A stretch of 64,000 nucleotides of DNA from Octopus sinensis (Eukaryota). A program made the translations under genes and the position numbers. Shown piece by piece: positions 25,926 through 38,462 of the stretch (positions within the stretch are counted from its first letter, which is position 1; the number at the start of each line of letters is the position of its first letter). The notes beneath the pieces were generated by a model. The model made no database searches and had not been told where the DNA came from. It saw only the letters and a program-made list of their open reading frames with translations. Location of the stretch: positions 20,026,001 through 20,090,000 of the forward strand of contig NC_043015.1 of NCBI RefSeq assembly GCF_006345805.1. The letters run 5' to 3'.

Positions 25926-26666
25926 AGAGAGAGATACATATACACGTGTTGCCTGAAATCTGATGAAAAGATTGGCGGAGAGTAACAGACATGACATATC
26001 TGAGGAAACTCAGAAATTCGACAGTGTTTGATTACATTCCACATGAGGAAACATCAACATACAACTGTTGCTGAAGGATATTTATATAGTAATCCTAAAG
26101 AATAATCTGAAATAATGATATATAGATGTAAACAGGGCAACTTAAAGCTAGGCGTCTGGCGCAGAAACAAATGTTGCATTTTGATACTACTTCCATGTTC
26201 GTGTTATATGTCATCATTATCATCATCGGTTAACATATAATATTCTACTTTGATAAAGGGTTCAACCAAAATGCCATTCTCTTTTCCTTTACTTTTTTGG
26301 CGAAAGGTGCACAACTTTGATTCTTATTTTTTGTGTGTGCTTCTATATTCTGTCCATCACTTCTCGAATATTAGATCGACTTGTAATCTCTCACGTTGTC
26401 CATTTGTACATTACTTATTCCCCCGCGTTCTATTTTTCAAATATAGATATGTAGGATAGATATCCAGGAATTTCAAAGTGGAACAGTTGGACTAGCAGTC
26501 GAGTGTGCCCAAAGTAAAATAAATGCGTCATTAATTTAAAGTGAAATCATACACATAGCTATAAACTCGATCCTAATTATTTAACTAAAACTTAATTCGC
26601 ATTTGTATATTCTTAGGAACATAAAATATGAAAGAGAGAAATATAATATAAATATAATATACTTAC

Positions 26667-27649
26667 TGAGGTCTTCTTAAATGAGTAAAATTCGAATATC
26701 GAGGCATAAACTCAACAACAGGAGATGTTGCACTAACAATCCATTTATTTGATCGTCCACAATCAAAATAAGGATCAGTGAAGACAACAGGAAGGATCGT
26801 CATTTCTTTAGTACCCGGTTGAGGTGGGCCAAAGAAAGAGGATACTTGGAAAGTGTCGGTAAGAAATTCACCTGTCTTTTCTGACCGTCGAATACCAATA
26901 TTGTAGGTATATTTCCTCAGTGTATCTAAATTACTGTTGAGATCAGGTAACCATTTAGAGTACCAAGGGCTGTGTTTGTAGGCAGAGTTGGTATAATTAC
27001 GACTTCGACCGGCTCCAAAATCGTGAATGTCAATCGTATTGTTTGTAGGTTCCCGCAACCAATTTGTGGGTTCGTTGTAGTCATCCACTCTCCAGGCTTT
27101 GGGGCCAAAAAGGGGTAAAGTACCGTTGATTTTCATCGTCGTGTACCAATTAGGATATGAACAGTTGTTGTCAAAGAACAGTCCACTACCATTTATCATA
27201 CTAATTCCAGCGGAAACATCAGCGGCCAAAGAGAAGTAGATATATTCAAAACCTGGTTGTCTACCTAAGGCCTCGCTCTTGTTAAGTTCCTGATAGATAT
27301 AACTGTAGTAAAATGCCCTATTAAGGGCCAAGTTGTGAGCGTGCAACAGAGAAGATCTATTTGTGTAATAAACAGTCGACAAGAATTTATTATAACGAGG
27401 TACTTGGGATATAACACCTTTTTTTAGTTCTGTATCCAAACGAAGATCTGTGTAGTGTTTCGAACGACAATTTTCTCCAGTTACCGATGTAAACTTATCC
27501 ATTATTTCATCAAAATTGTCTTTTGAAGAAAGTTCGAAAGGTTTTCCATTACTTGAAGAATCACTCCAAGAAAATGAAAATATTAAAATACAAACAAATA
27601 CCACAAATGCCGAGCTGGGGAAGCCGATACAACTCGGCCTTCTCTTCAT
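26667..27649 (-). CDS. GPR158/179-like double-ectodomain protein, coding exon 1 (signal peptide + Cache-like module 1)
   Basis: ATG at 27649 (the track's start at 27703 is a TTG). MKRRPSCIGFPSSAFVVFVCILIFSFSWS resembles a signal peptide. It is followed by VTGENC, LALNRAFYYSY, GLFFD, LFGPKAW, PWY and FTDPYFDCGRSNKWIVSATSPV, motifs typical of GPR158-type ectodomains. Donor CA|GTAAGT at 26666, phase 2. Confidence 0.9.
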
Positions 27650-28619
27650 TTTTTCCGCCTTTTTCTCCTCTTCTTTTGTAACTAATTTTCTTTTACAATA
27701 CAATAATAATCCCGTTAAACGTTTTACAGTTAGTAACTACATCAAAAATGTAGAACACCTTCGCAGTACACACCTTGAAATACCTGAAACCAGTTCAAAA
27801 TGGCTTCTGGTTATTAAAAAAATATAACAAAGAAAAGAATATAGTGAAAAAAAAAGAGAAAAAAAAAAGCAGCAACAACAATGTCACAAACCGCCTTCAA
27901 TAGGTGAGTAATGATGACCTACTAATCGAGTGGCAGGTGATAAAATAGGTTTCATTCTAAATCAATCAGTTTTAGAAGACAGTCCTCCGAAAAAGTAGAT
28001 GTTGAAACTTCTTTAAATGTTAACAGTCTTGTCTTGCTTTATCTTCTGTTTTTTTAAATAATATCTATACAAACTTTCTGTTCAGGACGAGGACGACGTT
28101 TATGAAATACAACAGTTTGTCATTAGTATATATTCACCTGTGACCGATGTCCAACAGGTGAGAAGAAGACGGGAAGTAAAGGACAAGTCCCCCTCCTCTT
28201 CCTGTCAACATACATTACTCCATTTACAAGGTACCCGAGAAAAGAAATTTAAAAAAGTCCTATGTGGGGGGTAAACATTGTGGTGTGCGACCTGTTGCGT
28301 GTAAATAAATGTTTAATTTTAAAATTTGCCAGCAAAATCTTATACAATGGCAATGTTCTGAAAGCTGTACAAGTCTATATGTTATATATGGAAATAAAAG
28401 TATTTTATACACTAGTTTAAAAAAATGTATTTAGCAGATGCAACAAAGAGACCCAAGGGCCGTGAGTTTCGTGCGTTGGCACTCAGCTATTGAAGTACCT
28501 GTTATTTCTGCTAAGTATTAATTAATTCTTTTCTTATTTCTGCTAAATATTAATAATAATATACATATCCTCATATTTTGAGTTCTATTTTTCCTGCCCG
28601 CATCACCACACACACATGT

Positions 28620-28621
28620 AG

Positions 28622-28689
<68 letters not shown>

Positions 28690-28940
28690 TTTATATATAT
28701 ATATTAGATATATATAGATAGATTTTATATATACATATAGATTTTATATATATATACATATAGATTATATATATATATATATATATATAGATAGATTTTA
28801 TATATACATATATATATATATATATAGATAGATAGATTTTATATATACATATATATATATATAGATTTTATATATACATATAGATTTTATATATATATAT
28901 ATTTACTAATTTATATATATATATTATATATATATATATC

Positions 28941-28983
<43 letters not shown>

Positions 28984-29560
28984 CATATAGATATATAGAT
29001 CCTATATTAGATATATATAGATTTTATATATATACATATAGATTATATATATATATACATATATATAGATTTTATATATATACATATAGATTATATATAT
29101 ATATATACATATAGATTATATAGATCCTATATTAGATATATATAGATTTTATATATACATATAGATTATATACATATATATATATATATAGATTTTATAT
29201 ATACATATAGATTATATATATATATACATATATATAGATTTTATATATACATATAGATTATATATATATATATATACATATAGATTATATAGATCCTATA
29301 TTAGATATATATAGATTTTATATATACATATAGATTATATATATATATACATATATATAGATTTTATATATACATATAGATTATATATATATATATATAC
29401 ATATAGATTATATAGATCTTATATTAGATATATATTGATTTTATATATACATATAGATTATATATATATATATATATTTAGTGAAGAGTAAACATGACGA
29501 TTATATATATATTAAATAGATTTTATACATATATATATATACACACAAATACATATATTA
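28620..29560. repeat. Compound (TA)n/(TAGA/TACA) microsatellite block
   Basis: About 900 bp of ATAT/AGAT/ACAT with recurring ATAGATTTTATATATAC and GATCCTATATTAG higher-order units. Confidence 0.9.
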
Positions 29561-30455
29561 TGTTAATATAGATAATTTACACACACACACATTAGATGTA
29601 TGTACCTATAAACATATACATAAACAAATGTGCCCCCCTCCCCGCCACCCGCATGTTTGAATGAGGTAAATAGAAAAAATAAAAGAAAACAATAAAAACA
29701 CTGCTAAAGTGATCAAGATAAAATTTAGGCGGAATGAGGTTGAGAGAGTTAATTTGAACAGAAAAGTGTGATAAACACTGATACACACACAAATGATCTT
29801 ACACTTTGATCCCCTTATATGTTGGATCAACAGACAAAAAAAAAATGTACTCCTACAAGTATTTGTAACTCTTATTTTCTTACTGTATACATTGAATAAT
29901 AAATTTACATACATCTGCACACATAGGTGTGTGCGTGCTGCCAATACTAACAAGGAAATATTTTATATGAAAGTATAACTTTCATTTCTTCTCGTGGAAA
30001 AACTTTAGGTTTTGAGGTACGGTGAGACGTTTTTTAAGAAATAATATTTATTTCCATGTTTTTCTTTCAAAAGCCCCCTTTGTTTTTAAATTGAAAATTT
30101 GGAGTAATTGAACTACATATATAACATGTATGGATATGATACATATATAATACACAAATTGGTTCCTACAGGACAAATTTCAAAATAGACTTTAATTATT
30201 TTAGTTAACAATAACCTCAAACAAGGCCGGATACCTTGTTATTTCTCGAATCAGTGATGTAGAGTGGCTCAGATCTATGCAAGTACTACGGAGAGGCAGG
30301 GCAATATATTTATTTGTTATTTCAGTTTTTTTTTTTGCAATTTTGCGCCCAGGGCAACTGCCTATGCTGTGTGTGTAAGTGTGTCCTCCACTCACCACAT
30401 GACAAGTGGAGTTGGTGTGTTTATATACTTGTAACTTTGCGGTTCCACTAGAATA

Positions 30456-30959
30456 GTACCAAACCCTTCAGAGTGGTGCCCTATCATGGCCGTACCAAAC
30501 CCTTCAGAGCGGTGCCCTATCATGGCCGTACCAAACCCTTCAGAGCGGTGCCCAAGCATGGCCGTACCAAACCCTTCAGAGCGGTGCCCAAGCATGGCCG
30601 TACCAAACCCTTCAGAGCGGTGCCCTATCATGGCCGTACCAAACCCTTCAGAGCGGTGCCCAAGCATGGCCGTACCAAACCCTTCAGAGCGGTGCCCAAG
30701 CATGGCCGTACCAAACCCTTCAGAGCGGTGCCCAAGCATGGCCGTACCAAACCCTTCAGAGCGGTACCCAAGCATGGCCGTACCAAACCCTTCAGAGCAG
30801 TGCCCTATCATGGCCATACCAAACCCTTCAGAGCGGTGCCCAAGCATGGCCGTACCAAACCCTTCAGAGCGGTGCCCAAGCATGGCCGTACCAAACCCTT
30901 CAGAGCGGTGCCCTAGCATGGCCATACCAAACCCTTCAGAGCGGTGCCCTAGCATGGCC
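30456..30959. repeat. 36-bp minisatellite, 14 copies
   Basis: Unit GTACCAAACCCTTCAGAGCGGTGCCC(AAG/TATC-variant)CATGGCC; 504 bp / 36 = 14 units. It runs directly into the SINE family-1 tail (GCCGCAGTTGAATGAATGAAACAA). Confidence 0.95.
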
Positions 30960-31849
30960 GCAGTTGAATGAATGAAACAAACGAAATTTTAGATTATACA
31001 ACACACACACACATACATATAGGCTTGGTCAGCTCAAATTTGTTTATTAATAGCCAAAATATATAGGTAAAATAAGTACATTTAGTTTTTACCTGTATGT
31101 TATAGATATTAATGAATTTGGGCGAGGCCATGTACCATTGCTGTATATATATATATGTATGTAATGGTTGGTTAATTTGCTTTGTAAAATCACTAAGATA
31201 AACAGGTTTCCTGTCATTCGAAACTTACTTAAATATAAATAAAAAGGAAATACAAAACGAGACGACGTTCAGATGAAGTGTTAAGAATGGGGGAAAGAGT
31301 GCGCGCAGTGGTTGGTGGAAGGACGGTGGTTATGAAGTATATTTTATTGCAACAATAGACATATTTGAATTGAATAGATAAGTATTTTCAACTAAAATCT
31401 CTTTTTGTGTTTCACTATTAGTGTGTGAAATATCAGTTTTTTCAAGAAACGTATGAATTACAAAAGCAAAGCAGTAAGGTATGTTTGTAATTTTTTAAAT
31501 TCTTCCTCTGAGAGAGGAGATAGTTTCTAACAAAGTTACAAAGCTCCATTGTTGGAATGAAGATAAGTAAAACACTGTCACATTTTAAACTTGAGAAATG
31601 TCTTGCATATTTTTATTGTTTGATTTACAGAGAGTATCTATAATGCACGAGTTAGTATGTATGCATGTGTACTTCTCTCCAATTTGTTTCCTCTTAACAT
31701 TCAGAAAAATACATATCTTTTGATAATTTTTTTTTAGATGCCTTTTAAATTGTTAAAATTACGATTATATTGGAATATAATGTAAAAATAAAGAAAAATC
31801 ATGGGTACACACACACACACACATAAACAGTGATGTTGACAGACTCTAC

Positions 31850-32445
31850 CTAAGAAGAAAGGAAGGTGGTAGAGGCCTGAGATCAGTGCAAACGGCCTTT
31901 GAATGCCGTCTGGTATCACTTAGGTAGCATCTGCTAAACAACAGCAGCAAAAATAAATGTATGAATTGTGTGAAAAGTGAAGTGAGTAACATTGTACGAG
32001 TTGGCAGTGAACTCCTCAAGAAACACTCTCTTCCTAATGATCTCCTATACAGCCCCAAAACAGCTGAACTCTTTTACCTCAGAGAAGACCTGGATGGAAA
32101 GTAGTCAGCATACAAAAAACAAAAAAAAAAGAGACTATGCATGGGTATGTTACCTGGAAGCTTGAAGAAGACAGTAGAATTGGCATGAAACGCAGCCTCT
32201 CTTGGACACAAGACCACTTCATTACATTAAACTTTGAAGGTTATGCTTTTGCAATCCAGGAACAGGAGATTGCCACAAAGTACCTGGTGAACAAGAGAGA
32301 CAGTAACGCTCTTGTAATCCCGAGGTGCAACTGCATATGTAGGCTATGTCCCGTTTGTGTAGAAGATATCACGCATGTGATTAGCAGCTGTCCTAAAATG
32401 TCATAATACTACCTCCCTATGTGGCACGATGTCGTCGCTAAAATT
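31850..32445 (+). mobile_element. Separate fragment of an RLE-type LINE (zinc-knuckle region)
   Basis: EGYAFAIQEQEIATKYL...CRLCPVCVEDITHVISSCPKMS, a CCHC knuckle region. It lies upstream of, and is not collinear with, the adjacent element. Confidence 0.7.
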
Positions 32446-32469
32446 GAAACAAACAGTAGTTTGTCCAAA

Positions 32470-34750
32470 ACAGGCAGAACTATTCATTTCAGTTAGGGAA
32501 GTGAAGGAAATCAACAAAAAAATTAGCAACTGGAAGGCCCCGGGACCAGATGGAGTTCAAGGCTACTGGATCAAATGATTTGGTGAATGCTATGCATGAA
32601 TAGCTGCACAACCCAACACATTGTTAAATGCCAACCAAGCAACACCAGAGTGGTTGACAATGGGTAGGACAGTGCTGTGCTTGAATAAACATCGGAAAAG
32701 GCAATACGGTAGACAATTACAAGCAGATATCCTGCTTGCTACTTATGTGGAAATTAATTAACTGGAATAGTCGCAGAGTCAATGTACAGACATCTGGGGA
32801 AAAAAAAATAGAGTCCTGCCACATGAGCAGAAGGGTTGTAAGCATAAGTGCAGAGGTACCAAGGATTAACTCCTGATAGACAAGAGTGTACTTAGAGACT
32901 GCAAGAAGAGGAAAACTAACTTAGCCATGTCATGGATTGATTATCGTAAGGCATACAATATGATCCCACATTCTTGAATTATGGAATGTATGAACCTCTT
33001 TGGTATTGCATCGAATGTTGAGCGATTGCTTGGAAAAAGTATGGCCAAGTGGAAGATGGAACTGACAGCATATGGAAGAAATTTAGGGATAATAGATATC
33101 AGGAGAGGCATCTTCCAAGGGGACTGCCTGTTCCCACTGATCTTTGTACTGTGCATGATACCACTAACACTGATTCTAAGGAAAGTAGATGCTGGGTGTG
33201 TATCCAAAAGCTGCCAACCATTTGTTATTCATGGATGACCTCAAACTTTATGGTAAAAATGAATCCCAAGTCACTTCCCTTATTGATACGATGTATAGTT
33301 TCAATGCTGATATCAGAATGGAGTTCGGACTGAAAAAGTGTGCTGTGTTAGTCTTGAAGAGAAGCAAAATCAAATGTATGGACGGGCTATCGATACCGTC
33401 AGGGGAGGTTATGATGAAGAGAGAAGAGACAGGCTATAAGTACCTAGGGATTTTGGAAATGGAGAAAGAAATGACAGAATAATTTAAGGTGGAGTACGTG
33501 CGCAGACTGAGACTGGTCCTTAAGTCGAAATTAAACGGACAGAATAAGATTGAAGCTATCAACATCTGGGCCATTTCACTACTTAGATATTGAGCAGGAG
33601 TAATCACACGGACAGTAGTTGAACTAAACAGCTTAGACAGAAAGACAAGGAAGTTGGTGACTAGACATGGGATACTCCACCCAAAAAGTGATACAGACAG
33701 ACTGTATGTACTAAGAAAAAGAGGAGGAAGAGGACTGATTGGATACAAACACAGCATTAGAGCAGAAGAAAACAACATAGCATGGTATGTAAAAAAGAAC
33801 TGCTATTATTGGAAGTAAGAAGGTCAGGCTTGTATAGGATGGAAGATTACAAAGATAAAGCACTTGAGAATTAATGAAACTGAAAATAGATGGATTAAGA
33901 AAAGAATGCATGAACAATTTCATAGGGATGTTGAAGATAAGACAGACAGAGAAAAAAGATGGCTATGGATGACTAAAAGTGATTTAAAACCAGAAACTGA
34001 GGCTCTAATCTGTGCTGCCCAAGAGCAAGCATTAAGAACCAATTACAGCAAATACAGAATAGATAACACATCAGAAAGTGATAAGTGCAGAATTTGTGGA
34101 CAAATTGGTGAAACCATATGGCATATTACAGTTAATGTAGGCCACTAGCCCAGAAATAATATAAGAGAGATCATGGCAATATAGCAAGGATTGTCCATTG
34201 GATACTTTGCAACAAGTATGGACTTGACAGAGCAAAAATTGGTATGAACATAAATCCGAAGGCATCATCGAAAATAATAATGCAAAGATCCTGTGAGATT
34301 TTATGATTCTGTGCAACCATGAGATAGAGAAAAGGAAACCAAACATAGTCTTAATTGAGAAAGAAAGCAAATGATGCTGGATCATAGATATAGCATGCCC
34401 AGCTGACAATAAGGTATGCGATAAGGAAGAAAGAAAAGCTGATAGATATAACAGGTTAGCTTGGGAGGTTAAGCAATTGTGGTTCATGAAAAAGGTGGTA
34501 GTAGTACCAATAATTGTAGGAGCCCTGGGAACAGTAAGTAAAAATCTTGAGAAGTACATGGAATAAATAAGGGTAGAGCACTTGCAGAAAAAAGCAGTGA
34601 TTAGAACCACTTGAATACTCCATATGATGCTCGAAAATAAGGGGTGTTGCCTTAGTTCACTGGTAGTGAACAGCTGACACTGTAGTACATCTGCAGCATT
34701 AGAAGCAGTGCAAAGACAATAAAATAATAATAACAATAATAACAACAATG
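32470..34750 (+). mobile_element. 5'-truncated, decayed non-LTR retrotransposon, R4/Dong-like (RT + CCHC + restriction-like endonuclease)
   Basis: Fragments across frames: GPDGVQGYW, WIDYRKAY, RGIFQGD.L.PL.F, HLLFMDDLKLY, YKYLGILE, CRICGQIGETIWHI, KPNIVLIEK...IIDIACP and PIIVGALGTVSK. Many stops and frameshifts. Ends in a (TAA/CAA)n tract. Confidence 0.85.
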
Positions 34751-34968
34751 TTCATGCTGTTCTTGGTGGTGAATAACAACAATGTTCATGCTGTTCTTGG
34801 TGGTGAGAGCAGCAATGATGCAACAGTGATGTTGCAACAAAGAATATATTATGGCGAACCTGTGACCGCATTTCAAAATATTTGTTATTTCTGGTTAAGG
34901 AATAAGCTTTTTATTAATGTCTTCTATGCAGCTATAAATACACATACATCTATATATATTTATGTGTG

Positions 34969-35001
<33 letters not shown>

Positions 35002-35262
35002 GGAACTAAGGCATGACAATGAATATCATTGTATGACAGTAGCATTGAAATTAGAGAGAAATAGTTATTTATTTTTTATAAACAGGTCAAGAACATCCTA
35101 TTCAATTTCATGACAGTGACATTGATATTGAAGAGATACAAACGTACACACAGCTAGTTCTTTTATAATAGTTTCAATAGGAGTGAAATCATGCGTTAAT
35201 ACTTATGCACAAATGAATGCATATATACATACATATATATATATATACATAAATATACATAT

Positions 35263-35310
<48 letters not shown>

Positions 35311-35449
35311 TACATATACACACACATAGACATGACAGAAGTAAATAGACACCACATAAAATATCGTTTTATGTTTATTCTAACTTGTAAAGGTTTATAT
35401 TTATTAATCAACATTTTTCTGTCTCAGGTTCTATATGTGACTGTTTAAT

Positions 35450-36160
35450 CATGCCAAATACAAAATAAACCTTCATACTGTCTGAATTTTAAAGAGGCAA
35501 TTCACCTGAGAGGGAAGGAACCCACATCACTTCACCCAGGTTGACCAGGGCACTCTGACAGGACCCTTCTCTTTGCTAAGAGAAGTTTGGAGGATAATCC
35601 TCATTGCAAGGCCTCTGACATAATAGAACAAATTGATGTCAGTCCCTGAACAGCTGTCAAGTATCTCCACAAACTTGGTTACTATGGCAGAGCAGCAAGA
35701 AGGAAGCCACTTCTTCGATCAGCCAACATCAAGCAGAGTAAAGCTTGAGCCAGTGAGATGGTGGAAAGACCACTTGCATCTTAGGACACTGTCATATTCT
35801 CTGATGTGTCCAGATTTGCTGTATTTCCTATCAGTAGCCGAGTGTGAATCTGGAGACTCTGTGATCAAGAATTTGATGTGAAAAGATTGCAGCTAACAAT
35901 GAAATACTGCAGCTATTCTGTGATGGTCTGGGGAGCAATGGTTGATCAGAGCTAGTGGGGTGTGAAGGAAACATAAACTCAGATAAATATGTGTCCATAT
36001 TGCAGAAAGGATTTCCTCTAATCTTTTCCAGTGGTGAAATGGATTAAAGAAGACTCTTTATTTATGGAAGATGGGGCTCCTTGTCACATGACTAAAATGA
36101 CCCCAGATTTGTTGGATGAGAATGGCATTAAAAAACTTCCATGGCCAAAAAGCACTTCTC
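35450..36160 (+). mobile_element. Tc1-like transposase remnant
   Basis: YLHKLGYYGRAARRKPLL, VIFSDVSRF, SVMVWGAM, GNINSDKYVSILQ, FMEDGAPCH and LPWP, with stops and frameshifts. Confidence 0.85.
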
Positions 36161-36613
36161 TAGAACTGTTCTGACCTTGTCTACAGAATTCATATTTTTT
36201 CCACCCAAATGATCTTGAAGTCTGCACAATAAATGATAATCAGATGGAGCAATGTCCAACAAATATGGTAGGTGGGGCATCATTTCCTATTCAAATTGCT
36301 CCAGTCTTTAGAATATCATTTCCACTGTATGTGGCCGAGCATTATCCTAATGGAAGAACACCTTTCGTCTTGAGACCAATTTGCTGACTTTTCTGATGGC
36401 ATGCAGGTGTTGATGAATGGTTGAATGAAATTTTGGGGGAGAGGACTAGCTGATTACATTGATGCCAGTGTGTAACTGGTACTTGATTTATCGACCCTGA
36501 AAAGATGAAAAGCAAAGTCGACCTTCATGGAATTTGAACTTAAAATGTAAAGAAGGACAAAATACTGCTAAGTATTTTGCCCAGTGTGCTAATGGTTCTG
36601 CCAGCTCACTGCC

Positions 36614-36660
<47 letters not shown>

Positions 36661-37633
36661 CCTTTCTACTATAGGCACAAGACCTGAAATCCGGGGTGGG
36701 GTGGGGACTAGTTGATTACATCAACCCCAGTGTTTCATTGGTACTAATTTATTAACCCCAAAAGGATGAAAAGCAAAGTCGACCACAATGGAATTTGAAC
36801 TCAGAATGCAGCAACAGGTGAAATACCGCTAAGCATTTTATCCAGTGTGCTAATGATTTTGTCAGTTTGCCACCTTAATAATAATAGTAATAATAATAAC
36901 GATGATAAGAAGAACAACAGCAACAAGAAGAAATATAATAAATTTTTTTATATCAAATTTCTTTGAAAATTGTAAATAAAAAAATTCTTAGCAAAATTGT
37001 TGCTTATTTACCTTGAAACTTGTTAAAAAAATTTTTAGCATTAATTTAATGACTTCAGATTTTTTTGTTTTCATTTTGCAAAAGGTGAAAAACAAAAAAA
37101 AAACAAAAAAAAATTCAACAATAATTTTATTGGAGTAAAGATTATTTGCCAACATAACATGGCAGTCCTGGTTTAGGACGAATGTTGCTGTAATTTAGTC
37201 CCAGGAGACATTGTCTCCTGCTAGCTATATGACATGATCTGTGTCCTTATATTTTTGAACAAATAACCCAGAAATCGTGATACACAGATATTGTTTTGAG
37301 CTGAGTGGAGGTGCTAGATTCTCTTGTTCGAAAATATAAGGACACAAATCATGTCGTATAGCCAGCTGGAGACGATGTCTCCTGGGGCCAAATTACAGCA
37401 ACGTTGATAAAAATCTTTACTCCAAAGTACTGTTGCTGAATATTTCTCATTGTGAGATTTACAAATGGTAATTTTTTAATAATTTTATTTCTTTAAATAT
37501 AAAACTCCCCAGATATATAAAAAGAAATCATTTCCACTCTTCTTTATTTTTTGTTTTTGAGGGAGGAAAATAAGGGTCAAGATACAAATAATAGTTGGAG
37601 GTAAGTAATCTCTTCAAGGTTGTGTTTGATTGT

Positions 37634-37775
37634 TCAAATAAAGCAGTTTGATAGAGTGGACTTCAGTTTGGAAATATCCTCTGGATATACACGGCAGCAA
37701 CCTCCGATCCAACTGGCACCACTATTTATCCATTCCTTGCTGTACTCAGTGATACTTTTGACACCACCATGCCAC
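37634..37775 (-). CDS. HMT: Homocysteine S-methyltransferase, exon 7 (last)
   Basis: Acceptor gtttcttgcag, phase 2. Encodes WHGGVKSITEYSKEWINSGASWIGGCCRVYPEDISKLKSTLSNCFI* with the zinc-binding IGGCC. Total CDS 927 nt = 308 aa. Confidence 0.9.
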
Positions 37776-38462
37776 CTGCAAGAAACAATCAAAGAGAACT
37801 TTAAACAGGAATTTAGTTTTACCCTTCAGCATTCATCATCATCACCATCATTGTCATTTAACGTCCGTTTTCTATGCTGGCATGGGTTGGATGGTTTGAC
37901 TGAAAACTGGTGAGCCAGAAGAGCTGCACCAGGCTCCAATCTGATTTGGCAAGATTTCTATGGCTGGATGCCCTTCCTAATGCCAACCACTCTGAGAGTG
38001 TTGTGGGTGCTGTTTACGTGCCATCAGCATGGGTGCCATTGACCTAACACCGGCATTGGCCACGACGAAGTCTCACTTGGCTTGACAGGTCAACATAAGC
38101 ATGGTATATCGCCAAGGGTCTTGGTCACCTGTCACTGCCTCAATGAGACCCAACACTCGATAGGTGCTTTTTACGTACCACTAGCACAGGTGGCAAATGT
38201 AAATCTTACTTATCCACCTTGCTTTTGAATTAATCATATCTTATCTCTTTGTACTTGTTTCTGTCATTTGGCTGTGGCCATGCTGGAGCACCACCTCGAA
38301 AGTTTTTGATCGAACAAATCAACCCCAAGACTTATTTTTAAGGCTAGTACTTATTCTATCAGTAACTTTTGCTGAACTGCTAAGTTATGGAGACCTAAAT
38401 ACACCAACATTGGTTGTCAAGTGGTGATGGCAGAAGAGACAAACAATGACACAAACACACAC

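Noticed and set aside
27650-27703. N-terminal extension MYCKRKLVTKEEEKKAEK of the 346-aa track ORF
   Set aside because: It starts at TTG. The first ATG (27649) directly precedes the signal peptide.
30456-30959. Regular 36-bp repeats resembling a CRISPR array, and three long ORFs (187, 147 and 161 aa)
   Set aside because: The units are contiguous with no unique spacers, there are no cas genes and the context is eukaryotic. The ORFs are open only because the 36-bp unit lacks stops in those frames.
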